Below, in pieces: positions 43,572 to 54,820 of a stretch of 62,711 nt of DNA (its first letter is position 1; every line of letters starts with the position of its first letter). Source of the DNA: Porticoccaceae bacterium (GTDB lineage Bacteria; Pseudomonadota; Gammaproteobacteria; Pseudomonadales; GM7GCV1); contig JABJGI010000148.1 in the NCBI GenBank assembly GCA_018662305.1, forward strand, positions 1-62,711, given 5' to 3'. The position numbers and the translations under genes were made by a program. Below the pieces are notes generated by a model that made no database searches, was not told the origin of the DNA, and worked only from the letters and a program-made list of their open reading frames with translations.

Positions 43572-46500
43572 TTGAAAGACCTGTTGAAAATGCTGAAGTC
43601 CCAGACTGAAGTCGAAGAATTTGATTCGATTCGTATCAGTCTGGCCTCCCCGGACATGATTCGTTCGTGGTCCTTTGGTGAAGTAAAGAAACCTGAAACC
43701 ATTAACTATCGGACTTTTAAGCCCGAACGTGATGGTCTCTTCTGTGCCAAGGTGTTTGGTCCTATTAAGGATTACGAATGCCTTTGTGGTAAGTACCGAC
43801 GCATGAAGCATCGCGGCATCGTCTGTGAAAAGTGTGGTGTTGAAGTTACTGTTGCCAAGGTTCGTCGTGAGCGTATGGCCCACATTGAACTGGCTACGCC
43901 CTGTGCACACATCTGGTTCCTGAAATCTCTGCCTTCTCGTATCGGCTTAATGCTGGATATGACACTGCGCGAGATTGAGCGAGTGCTTTACTTTGAATCC
44001 TATATCGTCACCGAACCTGGTATGACCGATCTGGAGCGTGGTCAACTACTGACCGACGACCAGTACTTTGAAGCCATGGAAAACTATGGTGATGAGTTTG
44101 AAGCCAAGATGGGTGCTGAGGCGATTCAGGCACTATTGGCTGATATCGATCTGGATTCAGAAATTGCTCAGCTGCGCGAAGAAATTCCTGCGACCAATTC
44201 AGAAACCAAAATCAAGAAACTGTCCAAGCGCCTAAAACTGCTTGAGGCCTTTCACGGTTCCGGCAACAAGCCAGAGTGGATGGTTCTGGAAGTACTTCCA
44301 GTTCTGCCACCTGATTTGCGTCCTTTGGTTCCATTGGACGGTGGTCGTTTTGCGACTTCCGATCTGAATGATCTCTACCGTCGTGTGATTAACCGAAATA
44401 ATCGTTTGAAGCGTCTGCTTGAACTGAACGCGCCAGATATTATTGTTCGCAACGAAAAGCGTATGCTGCAAGAAGCAGTTGATGCGCTTCTCGATAACGG
44501 CCGTCGCGGCCGAGCCATTACGGGTTCCAACAAGCGTCCTCTGAAATCTTTGGCCGATATGATCAAAGGTAAGCAAGGTCGTTTCCGTCAGAACCTTCTT
44601 GGTAAGCGTGTTGATTATTCAGGACGTTCGGTAATTGTTTGTGGTCCTACACTGCGTTTGCATCAGTGTGGTCTGCCCAAGAAAATGGCGCTAGAGCTAT
44701 TTAAACCCTTTATTTTCAGCAAGTTGGAATTGCGTGGCATGGCCACCACCATCAAGGCTGCGAAGAAAATGGTTGAGCGCGAAGAAGCCATGGTATGGGA
44801 CGTTCTTGACGAAGTAATTCGCGAGCATCCGGTACTGCTTAACCGTGCACCAACGCTTCACAGACTGGGTATTCAGGCTTTTGAACCTATCCTGATTGAA
44901 GGTAAGGCGATTCAGCTTCACCCGCTGGTATGTTCAGCATTTAACGCTGACTTCGATGGTGACCAGATGGCGGTTCACGTACCCCTGACTCTGGAAGCTC
45001 AGCTCGAAGCTCGTGCCCTGATGATGTCTACCAACAACATCCTGTCGCCAGCCAATGGTGACCCGATCATCGTTCCTTCGCAGGACGTTGTATTGGGCCT
45101 CTATTACATGACGCGTTCAAAAATTAACGCTCGTGGTGAAGGTATGCGTTTTGCCAACACGGCGGAAGTTTCTCGCGCTTACGATTCCGGAAAAGTAGAT
45201 CTTCACGCCAAAGTATCTGTGCGCGTCGAAGAAACGGTAAACGGTGAAGATGGTGAGGAAGCTAACCGCACTATGATGGTGGAAACCACCGTTGGTCGAG
45301 CTCTGATCTGGCGCATAATTCCAACGGGAATGGCCTTTGAACTGATTAATCAGCCCCTGAGCAAGAAGGCGATCTCTCGTCTGATCGACGTTTGCTATCG
45401 AACGGTTGGTCTGAAAGCGACAGTTATCTTTGCTGACCAGTTGATGTACACAGGTTTTGCCTACTCAACTCGTTCCGGTGCTTCTATTGGTGTTAACGAC
45501 TTCGTTATCCCAGATGAGAAAGAAGAAATCATCGCCAAAGCCGATGCTGAAGTGAAAGAAATCGAAACCCAGTTTGCTTCCGGTCTGGTAACTCAGGGCG
45601 AGAAGTACAACAAGGTGATCGATATCTGGTCGCGTGCCAACGATGTGGTTGCCAAGTCTATGATGAAAGGCATCAGCACTGAGATGGTGACCAACGCCAA
45701 AGGCGAAGAGGAAGAACAAGATTCCTACAACAGCGTCTTTATGATGGCTGATTCTGGTGCTCGGGGTTCCCCCGCACAGATTCGTCAACTCGCGGGTATG
45801 CGTGGTCTGATGGCTCGACCAGATGGTTCTATTATTGAAACACCAATCGTTGCGAATTTCCGTGAAGGCCTGAACGTACTCCAGTACTTCATCTCTACTC
45901 ACGGTGCTCGTAAAGGTTTGGCGGATACCGCACTCAAGACAGCTAACTCCGGTTACCTGACCCGTCGTCTAGTAGACGTCGCTCAGGATGTTGTAATCAC
46001 CGAAGTTGATTGTGGCACTACAGAAGGCGTGCTGATGACGCCAGTAATCGAAGGTGGTGACATCATCGAATCTCTGGGTGATCGAATCCTCGGTCGTGTT
46101 GTTGCCAAGGACGTAGTTCGCGGTGATGACGAAGAAGTGGTGGTTCCAAAGGCTACTATGATCGATGAAGCCTGGATGGCTCGTATTGAGCAGATGGGTA
46201 TCGATGAAGTTCTGGTTCGCTCACCAATCTCTTGTGAGAGTTCCCACGGTATTTGTGCCGAGTGTTACGGCCGTGATTTGGCCCGTGGACACAAAATCAA
46301 CCAGGGCGAGGCCGTCGGTGTTATTGCCGCGCAGTCCATTGGTGAGCCTGGCACACAGCTGACAATGCGTACCTTCCACATTGGTGGTGCAGCATCTCGA
46401 GCTTCAGCAGCCGACAGCATTCAAGTTAAACAGGAAGGTATTGTCCGTCTGGTTAACGTGAAGGTTGTTGAGCGTAAAAATGGTGAGCTGGTAACGGTAT

Positions 46501-47843
46501 CCCGTTCCGGTGAACTGGTAGTGGCTGAGAAAGAAACTGGCCGTGAGCGTGAGCGCTACAAGCTGCCATACGGTGCAACCATTAAGGTTCAGCACGGTGC
46601 AGAAGTTGAAGGTGGTGCTGTCGTAACTACCTGGGATCCACACACTCACCCCATCGTTGCTGAAGTGGCTGGTAAAGCTAAGTTCAGTGGTATGGAAGAG
46701 GGACTCTCAATCCGTCTGCAAACAGATGAGTTGACAGGTCTGAGCAGTGCTTCGGTTATCGATCCAAACGAACGTTCTGCTGCTGGTAAAGATCTTAAGC
46801 CTGCTATTACTTTGGTTGACGGCAAAGGCAAAGAGCTTTCATTGCCGAATTCCAAGGCTCCGGCTCACTACTTGCTGCCCGCTGGCGCAATTGTGAACAA
46901 AGCCGACGGCGACAAGATCGAAGTGGGTGACGTTATTGCGAGAATTCCTCAGGAAGGCTCCAAGACACGTGACATCACAGGTGGTCTGCCACGCGTTGCT
47001 GACTTGTTCGAAGCGCGTAAGCCGAAAGAGCACTCCATACTTGCAGAAATCGCCGGTACTTTTGCATTCGGTAAAGAGACCAAAGGCAAGAAGCGTATTC
47101 AAATCTTCCCACTTAACGGTGAGTTGCTAGAAGATGGTTCAGATCACTGGGAGATGTTGATTCCTAAGTGGCGTGCCACTCAAGTATTTGAAGGTGAAAC
47201 GGTAGAGAAGGGCGAGGTGATCTGTGACGGACCTCCAAGCCAGCACGATATTCTGCGTCTCATGGGTGTTGAGGCATTGTCCAAGTACATCACTAATGAG
47301 ATTCAGGAGGTTTACCGCCTGCAGGGTGTGAAAATCAATGATAAACACATTGAAGTTATCGCCCGTCAAATGCTGCGTAAGGTTGAAATCACCGATATGG
47401 GTGACTCACCTTATATTCGCGGCGAGCAGGTTGAGTACAACCGTGCAGTAGCCATGGTTGAGAAATTGGAGAAAGAAGGTAAGCAGCCGCCCAAGTTTGA
47501 GCGCCTGTTGCTGGGTATCACCAAAGCTTCTTTGGCTACCGAGTCCTTTATCTCAGCGGCTTCCTTCCAGGAAACCACGCGTGTTCTTACCGAAGCTTCG
47601 GTTACCGGTAAGTCCGACATACTGCGCGGTCTAAAGGAAAATGTGGTTGTTGGTCGTCTGATACCTGCGGGTACTGGTCTGGCTTACCACGAGAACCGTC
47701 GCAAACAGCGTGAAGCAGGTTATGAAATGACCGGTGAAGTGCTGGAAGCACAGCTTGCAGAAGCCCTCGGAGATTCAGGTGAAGGAGCAGAAATTGATGC
47801 TCCAGAAGCGATTCTCGACGAGCAGCCGGCTGCTGAAGAGTAA
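43572..47843 (+). CDS. rpoC: DNA-directed RNA polymerase beta' subunit
   Basis: 1423 aa, TTG start after GGAGGAAAGG. Zn-finger [20 protein letters not shown]. Catalytic NADFDGDQM. Confidence 0.98.
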   Translation: MKDLLKMLKSQTEVEEFDSIRISLASPDMIRSWSFGEVKKPETINYRTFKPERDGLFCAKVFGPIKDYECLCGKYRRMKHRGIVCEKCGVEVTVAKVRRERMAHIELATPCAHIWFLKSLPSRIGLMLDMTLREIERVLYFESYIVTEPGMTDLERGQLLTDDQYFEAMENYGDEFEAKMGAEAIQALLADIDLDSEIAQLREEIPATNSETKIKKLSKRLKLLEAFHGSGNKPEWMVLEVLPVLPPDLRPLVPLDGGRFATSDLNDLYRRVINRNNRLKRLLELNAPDIIVRNEKRMLQEAVDALLDNGRRGRAITGSNKRPLKSLADMIKGKQGRFRQNLLGKRVDYSGRSVIVCGPTLRLHQCGLPKKMALELFKPFIFSKLELRGMATTIKAAKKMVEREEAMVWDVLDEVIREHPVLLNRAPTLHRLGIQAFEPILIEGKAIQLHPLVCSAFNADFDGDQMAVHVPLTLEAQLEARALMMSTNNILSPANGDPIIVPSQDVVLGLYYMTRSKINARGEGMRFANTAEVSRAYDSGKVDLHAKVSVRVEETVNGEDGEEANRTMMVETTVGRALIWRIIPTGMAFELINQPLSKKAISRLIDVCYRTVGLKATVIFADQLMYTGFAYSTRSGASIGVNDFVIPDEKEEIIAKADAEVKEIETQFASGLVTQGEKYNKVIDIWSRANDVVAKSMMKGISTEMVTNAKGEEEEQDSYNSVFMMADSGARGSPAQIRQLAGMRGLMARPDGSIIETPIVANFREGLNVLQYFISTHGARKGLADTALKTANSGYLTRRLVDVAQDVVITEVDCGTTEGVLMTPVIEGGDIIESLGDRILGRVVAKDVVRGDDEEVVVPKATMIDEAWMARIEQMGIDEVLVRSPISCESSHGICAECYGRDLARGHKINQGEAVGVIAAQSIGEPGTQLTMRTFHIGGAASRASAADSIQVKQEGIVRLVNVKVVERKNGELVTVSRSGELVVAEKETGRERERYKLPYGATIKVQHGAEVEGGAVVTTWDPHTHPIVAEVAGKAKFSGMEEGLSIRLQTDELTGLSSASVIDPNERSAAGKDLKPAITLVDGKGKELSLPNSKAPAHYLLPAGAIVNKADGDKIEVGDVIARIPQEGSKTRDITGGLPRVADLFEARKPKEHSILAEIAGTFAFGKETKGKKRIQIFPLNGELLEDGSDHWEMLIPKWRATQVFEGETVEKGEVICDGPPSQHDILRLMGVEALSKYITNEIQEVYRLQGVKINDKHIEVIARQMLRKVEITDMGDSPYIRGEQVEYNRAVAMVEKLEKEGKQPPKFERLLLGITKASLATESFISAASFQETTRVLTEASVTGKSDILRGLKENVVVGRLIPAGTGLAYHENRRKQREAGYEMTGEVLEAQLAEALGDSGEGAEIDAPEAILDEQPAAEE

Positions 47844-47860
47844 GTCGATCTTGACTGACA

Positions 47861-47889
47861 AAAAAGACCCCTGAAAAGGGGTCTTTTTT
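47861..47889 (+). terminator. intrinsic terminator after rpoC
   Basis: AAGACCCC / GGGGTCTT stem, then T6. Confidence 0.8.
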
Positions 47890-47926
47890 AATTTCATTTT
47901 TATAAAAACAAAGAGCCCGCAAGCGC

Positions 47927-47955
47927 TTGACGCTGCTACAGCCACTCATTAGAAT
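47927..47955 (+). promoter_or_regulatory. sigma70 promoter of the str (rpsL) operon
   Basis: TTGACG, 17 nt, TAGAAT. A/T-rich UP-like tract upstream (47885-47915). GC-rich discriminator GCGCGCTCGC. Confidence 0.6.
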
Positions 47956-48034
47956 GCGCGCTCGCTAAATTCAGCTGAAAACCGCCTATTTACTAAGGCC
48001 GATCGCTGATTTAACCCAATTTACGGAGCATTGA

Positions 48035-48406
48035 ATGTCCACAATTAACCAGTTGGTGCGCAAACCTCGTAAGCGCAAAGTTGCCAAGAGTGACGTACCA
48101 GCGCTACAAGCGAGCCCACAGCGCCGTGGCGTATGTACTCGCGTGTACACCACCACGCCTAAGAAGCCTAACTCGGCACTACGCAAAGTTTGTCGTGTTC
48201 GTCTAACGAATGGCTATGAAGTGAGTTCTTATATCGGCGGTGAAGGCCATAATCTGCAAGAGCACAGTGTTGTGCTGATTCGCGGTGGCCGGGTGAAGGA
48301 TCTTCCAGGTGTTCGCTATCACACTGTGCGTGGATCACTGGATTGCTCTGGTGTATCTGACCGCAAACAGCGCCGTTCCAAGTACGGGGCTAAAAAGCCA
48401 AAATAA
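48035..48406 (+). CDS. rpsL: 30S ribosomal protein S12
   Basis: 123 aa. [15 protein letters not shown]...[11 protein letters not shown]. Confidence 0.98.
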   Translation: MSTINQLVRKPRKRKVAKSDVPALQASPQRRGVCTRVYTTTPKKPNSALRKVCRVRLTNGYEVSSYIGGEGHNLQEHSVVLIRGGRVKDLPGVRYHTVRGSLDCSGVSDRKQRRSKYGAKKPK

Positions 48407-48506
48407 GAAAGCCTAAGTAGCTTTAAACAAATAATTTAACAACAACCAGTAAGGCCGGGCTGAAGTTCGAAAGAACGTCCCGGGTTAACCTGAAGAGGAA
48501 ATAGAA

Positions 48507-48977
48507 ATGCCAAGACGTCGCGTCGCCGCCAAACGAGAAATTCTGCCAGATCCTAAATTCGGCAACATCGTTCTCGCAAAATTCATCAACCATGTCATGG
48601 AAAGCGGTAAAAAATCTATCGCTGAAAAGATCGTCTATGGCGCGATGGATATCGTTACTGAAAAATCCGATAAAGAGCCTATGGAAGTATTTGAGCTGGC
48701 TCTAGACAACATCGCTCCACACGTAGAGGTTAAATCTCGTCGTGTTGGTGGTGCTACCTACCAAGTACCCGTAGAAGTTCGTCCATCACGTCGCAACGCT
48801 TTGGCAATGCGCTGGTTGGTTGAATACGCTCGCGCCCGTGGTGAAAAATCCATGCGTCAGCGTCTGGCTGGTGAATTGCTCGAAGCAGCAGAAGGTCGTG
48901 GTAACGCGGTCAAGAAGCGTGAAGACGTTCACCGTATGGCTGAAGCTAACAAGGCGTTCTCGCACTTCCGCTTCTAG
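48507..48977 (+). CDS. rpsG: 30S ribosomal protein S7
   Basis: 156 aa. [18 protein letters not shown]... Confidence 0.98.
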   Translation: MPRRRVAAKREILPDPKFGNIVLAKFINHVMESGKKSIAEKIVYGAMDIVTEKSDKEPMEVFELALDNIAPHVEVKSRRVGGATYQVPVEVRPSRRNALAMRWLVEYARARGEKSMRQRLAGELLEAAEGRGNAVKKREDVHRMAEANKAFSHFRF

Positions 48978-49137
48978 CTGAAAACTATCTGCGTTGCCGC
49001 TGCGGTGTTAGCGGCTGGCTGCAAAATGCTCATTTACCAGTTGTAAACTGCGCTCTTTCGCCAACCACTGCCTAGCAGCGCCTGCCTCGATAACCTTTTC
49101 AGAACTTTTGACAGGGCAGATATTTAAATTCACTTAA

Positions 49138-49164
49138 AAGGCAGCTTTAATAGCTGCCTTTTTT
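49138..49164 (+). terminator. canonical intrinsic terminator inside the rpsG-fusA spacer
   Basis: 9-bp stem AAGGCAGCT / AGCTGCCTT, 5-nt loop, followed by TTTT. Confidence 0.7.
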
Positions 49165-49209
49165 GTATCACAAGATTATTGATCTAGAGACTCACCGGAG
49201 AAAACAGAA

Positions 49210-51303
49210 GTGGCACGTAAAACTCCCATCGCCCGTTATCGCAACATCGGAATTGCTGCGCATGTAGACGCAGGCAAGACCACGACGACAGAGCGGGTGC
49301 TTTTCTATACCGGAATTTCTCACAAGATTGGTGAGGTACATGACGGTGCCGCCACCATGGACTGGATGGAGCAGGAGCAAGAGCGCGGAATTACCATTAC
49401 CTCTGCGGCTACCACCTGTTTCTGGCGCGGTATGGATGCTCAATTCGACGAACATCGCATCAATATCATCGATACACCGGGACACGTAGACTTCACCATT
49501 GAAGTTGAGCGATCTTTAAGAGTTCTCGATGGCGCCGTGGTGGTGCTTTGTGGCTCCTCAGGCGTACAGCCCCAGACAGAAACCGTATGGCGACAGGCCA
49601 ATAAATACGAAGTGCCACGTATGGTATTCGTCAACAAGATGGATCGTGCCGGTGCAGATTTCATGATGGTGGTAAACCAGCTGAAAGAACGCCTGGGTGC
49701 CAACCCCGTTCCTCTGCAAATGACCATTGGCTCTGAAGAAGATTTCAAGGGTGTGGTTGATCTGGTGAAGATGAAAAACATCATCTGGAGTGAAGAAGAT
49801 CAAGGCGCAAGCTTCGAGTATCAGGACATTCCCGAAGACCTCTTGGCTCAGTGCAAAGAGATGCGTGAATTTCTGATTGAGTCAGCGGCCGAAGCCAATG
49901 ACGAGCTGATGGATAAATACCTCGAAGGTGAAGAGCTTAGCGAAGAAGAAATTAAGCAGGGTATTCGCGCTCGAACTCTGGCCAACGAAATTATTCCGGT
50001 AATTGGCGGATCAGCCTTCAAAAACAAAGGTGTGCAAGCCATGTTGGATGCGGTGGTGGAATACTTACCGGCACCGACCGAAGTAAAAGCCATTCAGGGC
50101 ACTCTGCCGGACGGTGAGACCCTTGAATCCCGTGAAGCAGATGATCAGGCGCCTTTCTCCGCATTGGCCTTTAAGATCGCTACAGACCCCTTTGTGGGCA
50201 CTCTGACCTTCTTCCGTGTGTATTCCGGTCGCTTGGAAAGCGGTACAGCGCTATACAACTCAGTTAAGCAGAAGAAAGAGCGTGTCGGCCGTATGGTGCA
50301 GATGCACGCAAATAGTCGCGAAGAGATTAAAGAAGTGCTGGCTGGTGATATCGCTGCGGCGGTAGGCCTGAAGGACGTAACGACGGGCGATACGCTCTGT
50401 GATGCCGATCAGCAAATCGTACTCGAACGTATGGAGTTCCCCGAGCCTGTTATTTCGGTTGCGGTCGAACCTCGTTCAAAACCCGATCAGGAAAAAATGG
50501 GTGTCGCACTGGGTAAACTGGCGCAAGAAGACCCTTCTTTCCGGGTAAAAACCGATGAAGAGACCGGCCAGACCATTATTTCCGGTATGGGTGAATTGCA
50601 CCTGGACATTATTGTCGATCGTATGAAGCGGGAATTCTCCGTCGACGCCAATATTGGTAAGCCTCAGGTTGCCTATCGTGAAGCCATCAAAAACACCTGT
50701 GAGATTGAGGGCAAGTTTGTACGTCAGTCCGGTGGTCGTGGTCAGTACGGACACGTTTGGGTGAAGTTCGAGCCAACCGAGGAAGAAGGTCTCGAGTTTG
50801 TGAACGAGATCGTCGGCGGTACGGTTCCCAAGGAATACATCCCTGCCGTTCAAAAAGGCATCGAAGAACAAATGCAGAACGGTGTGGTAGCCGGGTATCC
50901 ACTACTTGGCCTCAAAGCGACTCTCTATGATGGTTCATTCCACGATGTCGACTCCAACGAAATGGCATTTAAGATTGCTGGTTCTCTGGCGACCAGAGAA
51001 CTTTCTGAACACGGCGGTGCCGTGGTGCTAGAGCCTGTGATGTCTGTGGAAGTAGTCACACCCGAAGCAAATATGGGTGATGTAGTAGGCGATTTGAATC
51101 GTAGACGTGGCCTGATTCTGGGCATGGATGAAAACCCATCCGGTAAGGTAGTTAACGCCGAAGTGCCTCTAGGTGAGATGTTCGGTTACGCCACGGATTT
51201 GCGTTCAGCAACTCAGGGTAGGGCGACCTATACCATGGAGTTTTGTAAGTATGCTGAGGCGCCTAGTGCTGTGGCGCAGGCGATTATTGAGCGTTCTACC
51301 TAA
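49210..51303 (+). CDS. fusA: elongation factor G
   Basis: 697 aa, GTG start after [29 protein letters not shown]. Confidence 0.98.
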   Translation: MARKTPIARYRNIGIAAHVDAGKTTTTERVLFYTGISHKIGEVHDGAATMDWMEQEQERGITITSAATTCFWRGMDAQFDEHRINIIDTPGHVDFTIEVERSLRVLDGAVVVLCGSSGVQPQTETVWRQANKYEVPRMVFVNKMDRAGADFMMVVNQLKERLGANPVPLQMTIGSEEDFKGVVDLVKMKNIIWSEEDQGASFEYQDIPEDLLAQCKEMREFLIESAAEANDELMDKYLEGEELSEEEIKQGIRARTLANEIIPVIGGSAFKNKGVQAMLDAVVEYLPAPTEVKAIQGTLPDGETLESREADDQAPFSALAFKIATDPFVGTLTFFRVYSGRLESGTALYNSVKQKKERVGRMVQMHANSREEIKEVLAGDIAAAVGLKDVTTGDTLCDADQQIVLERMEFPEPVISVAVEPRSKPDQEKMGVALGKLAQEDPSFRVKTDEETGQTIISGMGELHLDIIVDRMKREFSVDANIGKPQVAYREAIKNTCEIEGKFVRQSGGRGQYGHVWVKFEPTEEEGLEFVNEIVGGTVPKEYIPAVQKGIEEQMQNGVVAGYPLLGLKATLYDGSFHDVDSNEMAFKIAGSLATRELSEHGGAVVLEPVMSVEVVTPEANMGDVVGDLNRRRGLILGMDENPSGKVVNAEVPLGEMFGYATDLRSATQGRATYTMEFCKYAEAPSAVAQAIIERST

Positions 51304-51305
51304 AG

Positions 51306-51902
51306 CTAGGTAATTTCTTTCTCCCATACAACACATCGATTGTTAGCGGGCATGGAAATGTCTTCAATCAGTTTGAATCTTTCCGCTTCGGCCAAAGAGT
51401 TCACCCATTCAAAGTCGCGAATTGCACTTTCGGGGTTTTGCGACTTTAGGTGCATATCAAATTGCTGGTTACTTGGTGAGCTGTACTCCCCCTTGTGGTT
51501 AAAGGGCCCATAGACAACCAGTTTGCCGCCTTCTCCTAGCACGCTACCAACCAGTTCAAAGAACTGCTCAACGGCGTCGGCCGACATGATGTGTAAGGTA
51601 TTGGCAGAAAAGACGGCATCGTATTCGCTGGATGGCTTTTTACTCGAGCGGACATCTAGCTCTAATGCTCCGCGCAGATTGGGCAATGGGGATGTTTGTA
51701 ATCTGGCTCGCAGGCCTGGCAGGTAATTACCAAAGTCTGAGGGCTGCCAAACTAGGTGAGGAAGGTTATGTGCAAAGTGAAGAGCGTGCTGGCCTGTGCC
51801 GCTTCCGATTTCTAGTACAGATTGTCGGTCGGCAAAGGCCTGCTTAAGAACCTCAAGTATTGGGCCCTTATTGCGTTCGCAGGCTTCGGAAATGGGTAAC
51901 AT
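51306..51902 (-). CDS. DUF938-family (class I SAM-methyltransferase-like) protein
   Basis: 198 aa. ACERNKGPILEVL...VLEIGSGTGQHALHFA...LVWQPSD...YDAVFSANTLHIM...MPANNRCVVW matches my recollection of DUF938. Confidence 0.7.
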   Translation of the reverse strand: MLPISEACERNKGPILEVLKQAFADRQSVLEIGSGTGQHALHFAHNLPHLVWQPSDFGNYLPGLRARLQTSPLPNLRGALELDVRSSKKPSSEYDAVFSANTLHIMSADAVEQFFELVGSVLGEGGKLVVYGPFNHKGEYSSPSNQQFDMHLKSQNPESAIRDFEWVNSLAEAERFKLIEDISMPANNRCVVWEKEIT

Positions 51903-52129
51903 GGGATTGATCTGTCTAATTTATGTGTAGACCGCAGTATGCCAATTCTTTTCGCATACGTGGGTTCGGAGTCCTTTTTTGGTCACTCTATTACGGTTCG
52001 TAAAGTCTTTAGTTTCGGGCCTTTGGGGTTGGTAAAGTGCCTTGGTAAGAGTTTTTCTTTGGTCGTACTTAGCTGTCCGAAGTGCGGCATCCAAATTCAA
52101 ATTTACTGATAAAACCAATGAGGTTTTCT

Positions 52130-52699
52130 ATGAGATTAGTTTCCAAGTCCTTCGTCGCCCTTGCGTCTTTAGTTCTCGCAGTGTCGACGGTATCCGCCGA
52201 TGAGTATTTGATTGATACAAGAGGCGGTCATGCTTCTGTAGCTACCAAGTTCTTACACCAAGGTATTAGCTGGCTAACAGCAGAGTTTAAAGTGTTTGAA
52301 GGAAGCTTTTTCTACGATCCAGACAACGTGGAAGCCTCGTCAATCAACTTGACCGTCAATGTGATGAGCCTGGATTCGAATCATGAAACCCGGGACAGCC
52401 ATATACTGGCTGCCGATTACTTGGACGCTGAAAACTTTGCTCAGGCCAGTTTTGTCAGTACTAGCGCTATGGATAAAGGCAATGGAAGCATGATGCTTAC
52501 CGGCGATATTACTTTGCACGGTGTAAGCAAAGAGATCACTGTTGATGTTGTTATGGTTGGCGAAGGAGAAGTACGTGGAACTCCGAGACTTGGTTTCGAA
52601 GGAACCACTACACTTGATTTAAGAGACTTTGGCTATGATAGGTTTGCGCCTACTCACCAGGTTCATCTCGAAGTTAATGTCGAAGGTATTCAGCAGTAA
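52130..52699 (+). CDS. periplasmic YceI-family protein
   Basis: Start moved to MRLVSKSFVALASLVLAVSTVSA (GAGG 6 nt upstream). SNHETRDSHI...LTGDITLHGVSKEITVD is typical of YceI. Confidence 0.75.
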   Translation: MRLVSKSFVALASLVLAVSTVSADEYLIDTRGGHASVATKFLHQGISWLTAEFKVFEGSFFYDPDNVEASSINLTVNVMSLDSNHETRDSHILAADYLDAENFAQASFVSTSAMDKGNGSMMLTGDITLHGVSKEITVDVVMVGEGEVRGTPRLGFEGTTTLDLRDFGYDRFAPTHQVHLEVNVEGIQQ

Positions 52700-52713
52700 C
52701 TGGCTTTTGTTTT

Positions 52714-52751
52714 AAAAGGCCGCTGCCTAACTAGGTGAGCGGCCTTTTTTA
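52714..52751. terminator. bidirectional intrinsic terminator
   Basis: AGGCCGCT / AGCGGCCT stem flanked by an A-run and T6. Lies between convergent genes. Confidence 0.7.
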
Positions 52752-52794
52752 TGTCCGCAACTAATCTATGAGGCGGATGTGCTGAATATTTCCA

Positions 52795-54540
52795 TTAGTC
52801 CAACAAGGGCACACCAGCCGCTGGATTAATTCCATTGTGGAATCCTCCCTGATCACGTACTACCAAAGCTTGACCTTCTTCGTCATATTTCACCCAGACT
52901 AATCCGTGGGGTTCGCCGTAGTTAGGCATGGGAATCACATCGAGCTGCTCTCGAGATTCCGCATCAAATACGTAGAGACTGCCGTCTCCCATGCTGCTTG
53001 CCCAAATTTCCTTACCGTTAGGGGCGAGCAATACATGGTCTGATTTATAGCCAGAAAATAGCGTCGCCAGACCTCGACCATTGTTGGCATCCAAGACCGT
53101 TATGGTGCGGCCTATCTGCCCGGAAGACTCGCCTTTATTGGTGACCCAGAGTTCCGATTCGTCGGCATTCAAAGTAGCGGCGTAGGGGCCTACTCCCGTA
53201 GGGCTAGACCATAGGGTTTCACCCGTCTCCGTGCTGATTTTGGACACCGCCGAAGAGGCGGTGGGTACATAAATATGCTCACTGTTGGAGTCAATAACAA
53301 TCCAGTCGCCTCGGTAGCCTTTGTGGGGGTATTCATCAACGACCTCCCATGTTTCAGGATCGAGCTTGGCAACCCAATAGGGCCGCAGGGCCGTATTCGA
53401 ACCAACGATCAGGTCGTGCGCGCCATCTCTGGGAAGCCCTTCGATGGGCGGTGGCATCATCAGGATGTAGATAAATTCGTTGTCGGTAAATGCAGTGTAG
53501 TTGATGCCCCCAAGGTCTCTGGCGTTAACGCCGCCAACGACCTCATCGGTCTCAGGGTCGTATAGGAATACATTTAGACCATCAGGTTCTGCCACAAAGG
53601 TATCCAGCAGGAGATAGCGGTCTTGGAATATTTGTCCGTGGTGCAGGCGGCCACCCACAGTGATTTGCTTGATCGGTTGCAGAGTTAAGGCGTCGATTTT
53701 TAGCAGAGTTGCAGAGCCGCGTAGCCCCGCAGGTGCTCCACCAGCCTCGGGGCCTCCAATGCCAGATGCCGCTGGGGGGCCGACCATATAGACGTAGCGC
53801 CCATCGGGAGACAAAACCGTTGTATGCATTGCGCCACGCATATCTTGAGGAATGAGCTTGGATACCAGAACCTCTCGAGTGGTAGCATCGCCTACGACCA
53901 CTTGATTGGTTCGTATGGGGTTTTCGGGCGTTACGCCTATGGAAGCGGACACTCCGGTGTTTTCATAAAAATAGGTTTTACCGGGTTCTGGAAAGAATAT
54001 TTGTTCACCGGGGTCATATTCAGCAACTATGCGCGAAGGGTAGGTGCGTTTGAGGGGGCCATCCTTAGAGCGTTTTTGCCAATCTTCCATAACTGAATCG
54101 AAAGACATTATTTCCAATATCAGGCGGTCCCTTTCGGTTATCAGATACTCGGTATTGTCTTGTGTGGCTTCAATATAGGCGGCCAATTCGGTGCGCCAAA
54201 TGCCTGTTTGCTCGTCAGAGATCGCAACACCACCCAGAGAGGAAAGGTAGGTAGATAAGGCCACCAGATCGTCTGCATCGGGGTTAAGCTCGGAAACGAT
54301 GACAGCCATCTGAGGATTACTGTCCAACTGTTCCTGAATTTGCTTTGGTGTCGGTCCGTATTGGATAGAAGGCCCAACACGCCCTGCAGCATCATCACCG
54401 TGACAAACCCAGCAGGAAACCTGTTGAAAATAGAGCTCCTCGCCTTGGGTAAGTAACTCATCCATTTCTGATTGAGCATAGGCAAAGTTGACAGCCGCAG
54501 CGCTCAACAAGGCACTTATAGATATTCGAAACATAGTCAT
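52795..54540 (-). CDS. exported mono-heme cytochrome c domain fused to a beta-propeller domain
   Basis: 581 aa. Signal peptide. CWVCHG within the first ~60 mature residues. The rest has repeated propeller-like blades (YVYMVGP, LWVTNKGES, EIWASSMGDGSLYVFD). Confidence 0.6.
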   Translation of the reverse strand: MTMFRISISALLSAAAVNFAYAQSEMDELLTQGEELYFQQVSCWVCHGDDAAGRVGPSIQYGPTPKQIQEQLDSNPQMAVIVSELNPDADDLVALSTYLSSLGGVAISDEQTGIWRTELAAYIEATQDNTEYLITERDRLILEIMSFDSVMEDWQKRSKDGPLKRTYPSRIVAEYDPGEQIFFPEPGKTYFYENTGVSASIGVTPENPIRTNQVVVGDATTREVLVSKLIPQDMRGAMHTTVLSPDGRYVYMVGPPAASGIGGPEAGGAPAGLRGSATLLKIDALTLQPIKQITVGGRLHHGQIFQDRYLLLDTFVAEPDGLNVFLYDPETDEVVGGVNARDLGGINYTAFTDNEFIYILMMPPPIEGLPRDGAHDLIVGSNTALRPYWVAKLDPETWEVVDEYPHKGYRGDWIVIDSNSEHIYVPTASSAVSKISTETGETLWSSPTGVGPYAATLNADESELWVTNKGESSGQIGRTITVLDANNGRGLATLFSGYKSDHVLLAPNGKEIWASSMGDGSLYVFDAESREQLDVIPMPNYGEPHGLVWVKYDEEGQALVVRDQGGFHNGINPAAGVPLLD

Positions 54541-54820
54541 CGGATCCCCCTAGATCTCCAGCCAATTGGCACACTGGCGAGTATTGCACTCCATAATATG
54601 TGATGCTCAATAATTAACCCATTGTTTGCCAAGTGGTTTTTGGTACTTATTTATGAACCAGAAGGTCAGTGTCTTTGAATAATGAATTTCGCAGAAATTG
54701 TGCAATTTATTTCCGGAAGGGTTTTTCGTTGGGCGACCGGGTCAATTTGGGTTAGATTTGCTTCTTAACGAATAGGTTCTGGCCTCTTTGGTCGGAGCCT
54801 AATAACTATTGGGGGACTAA

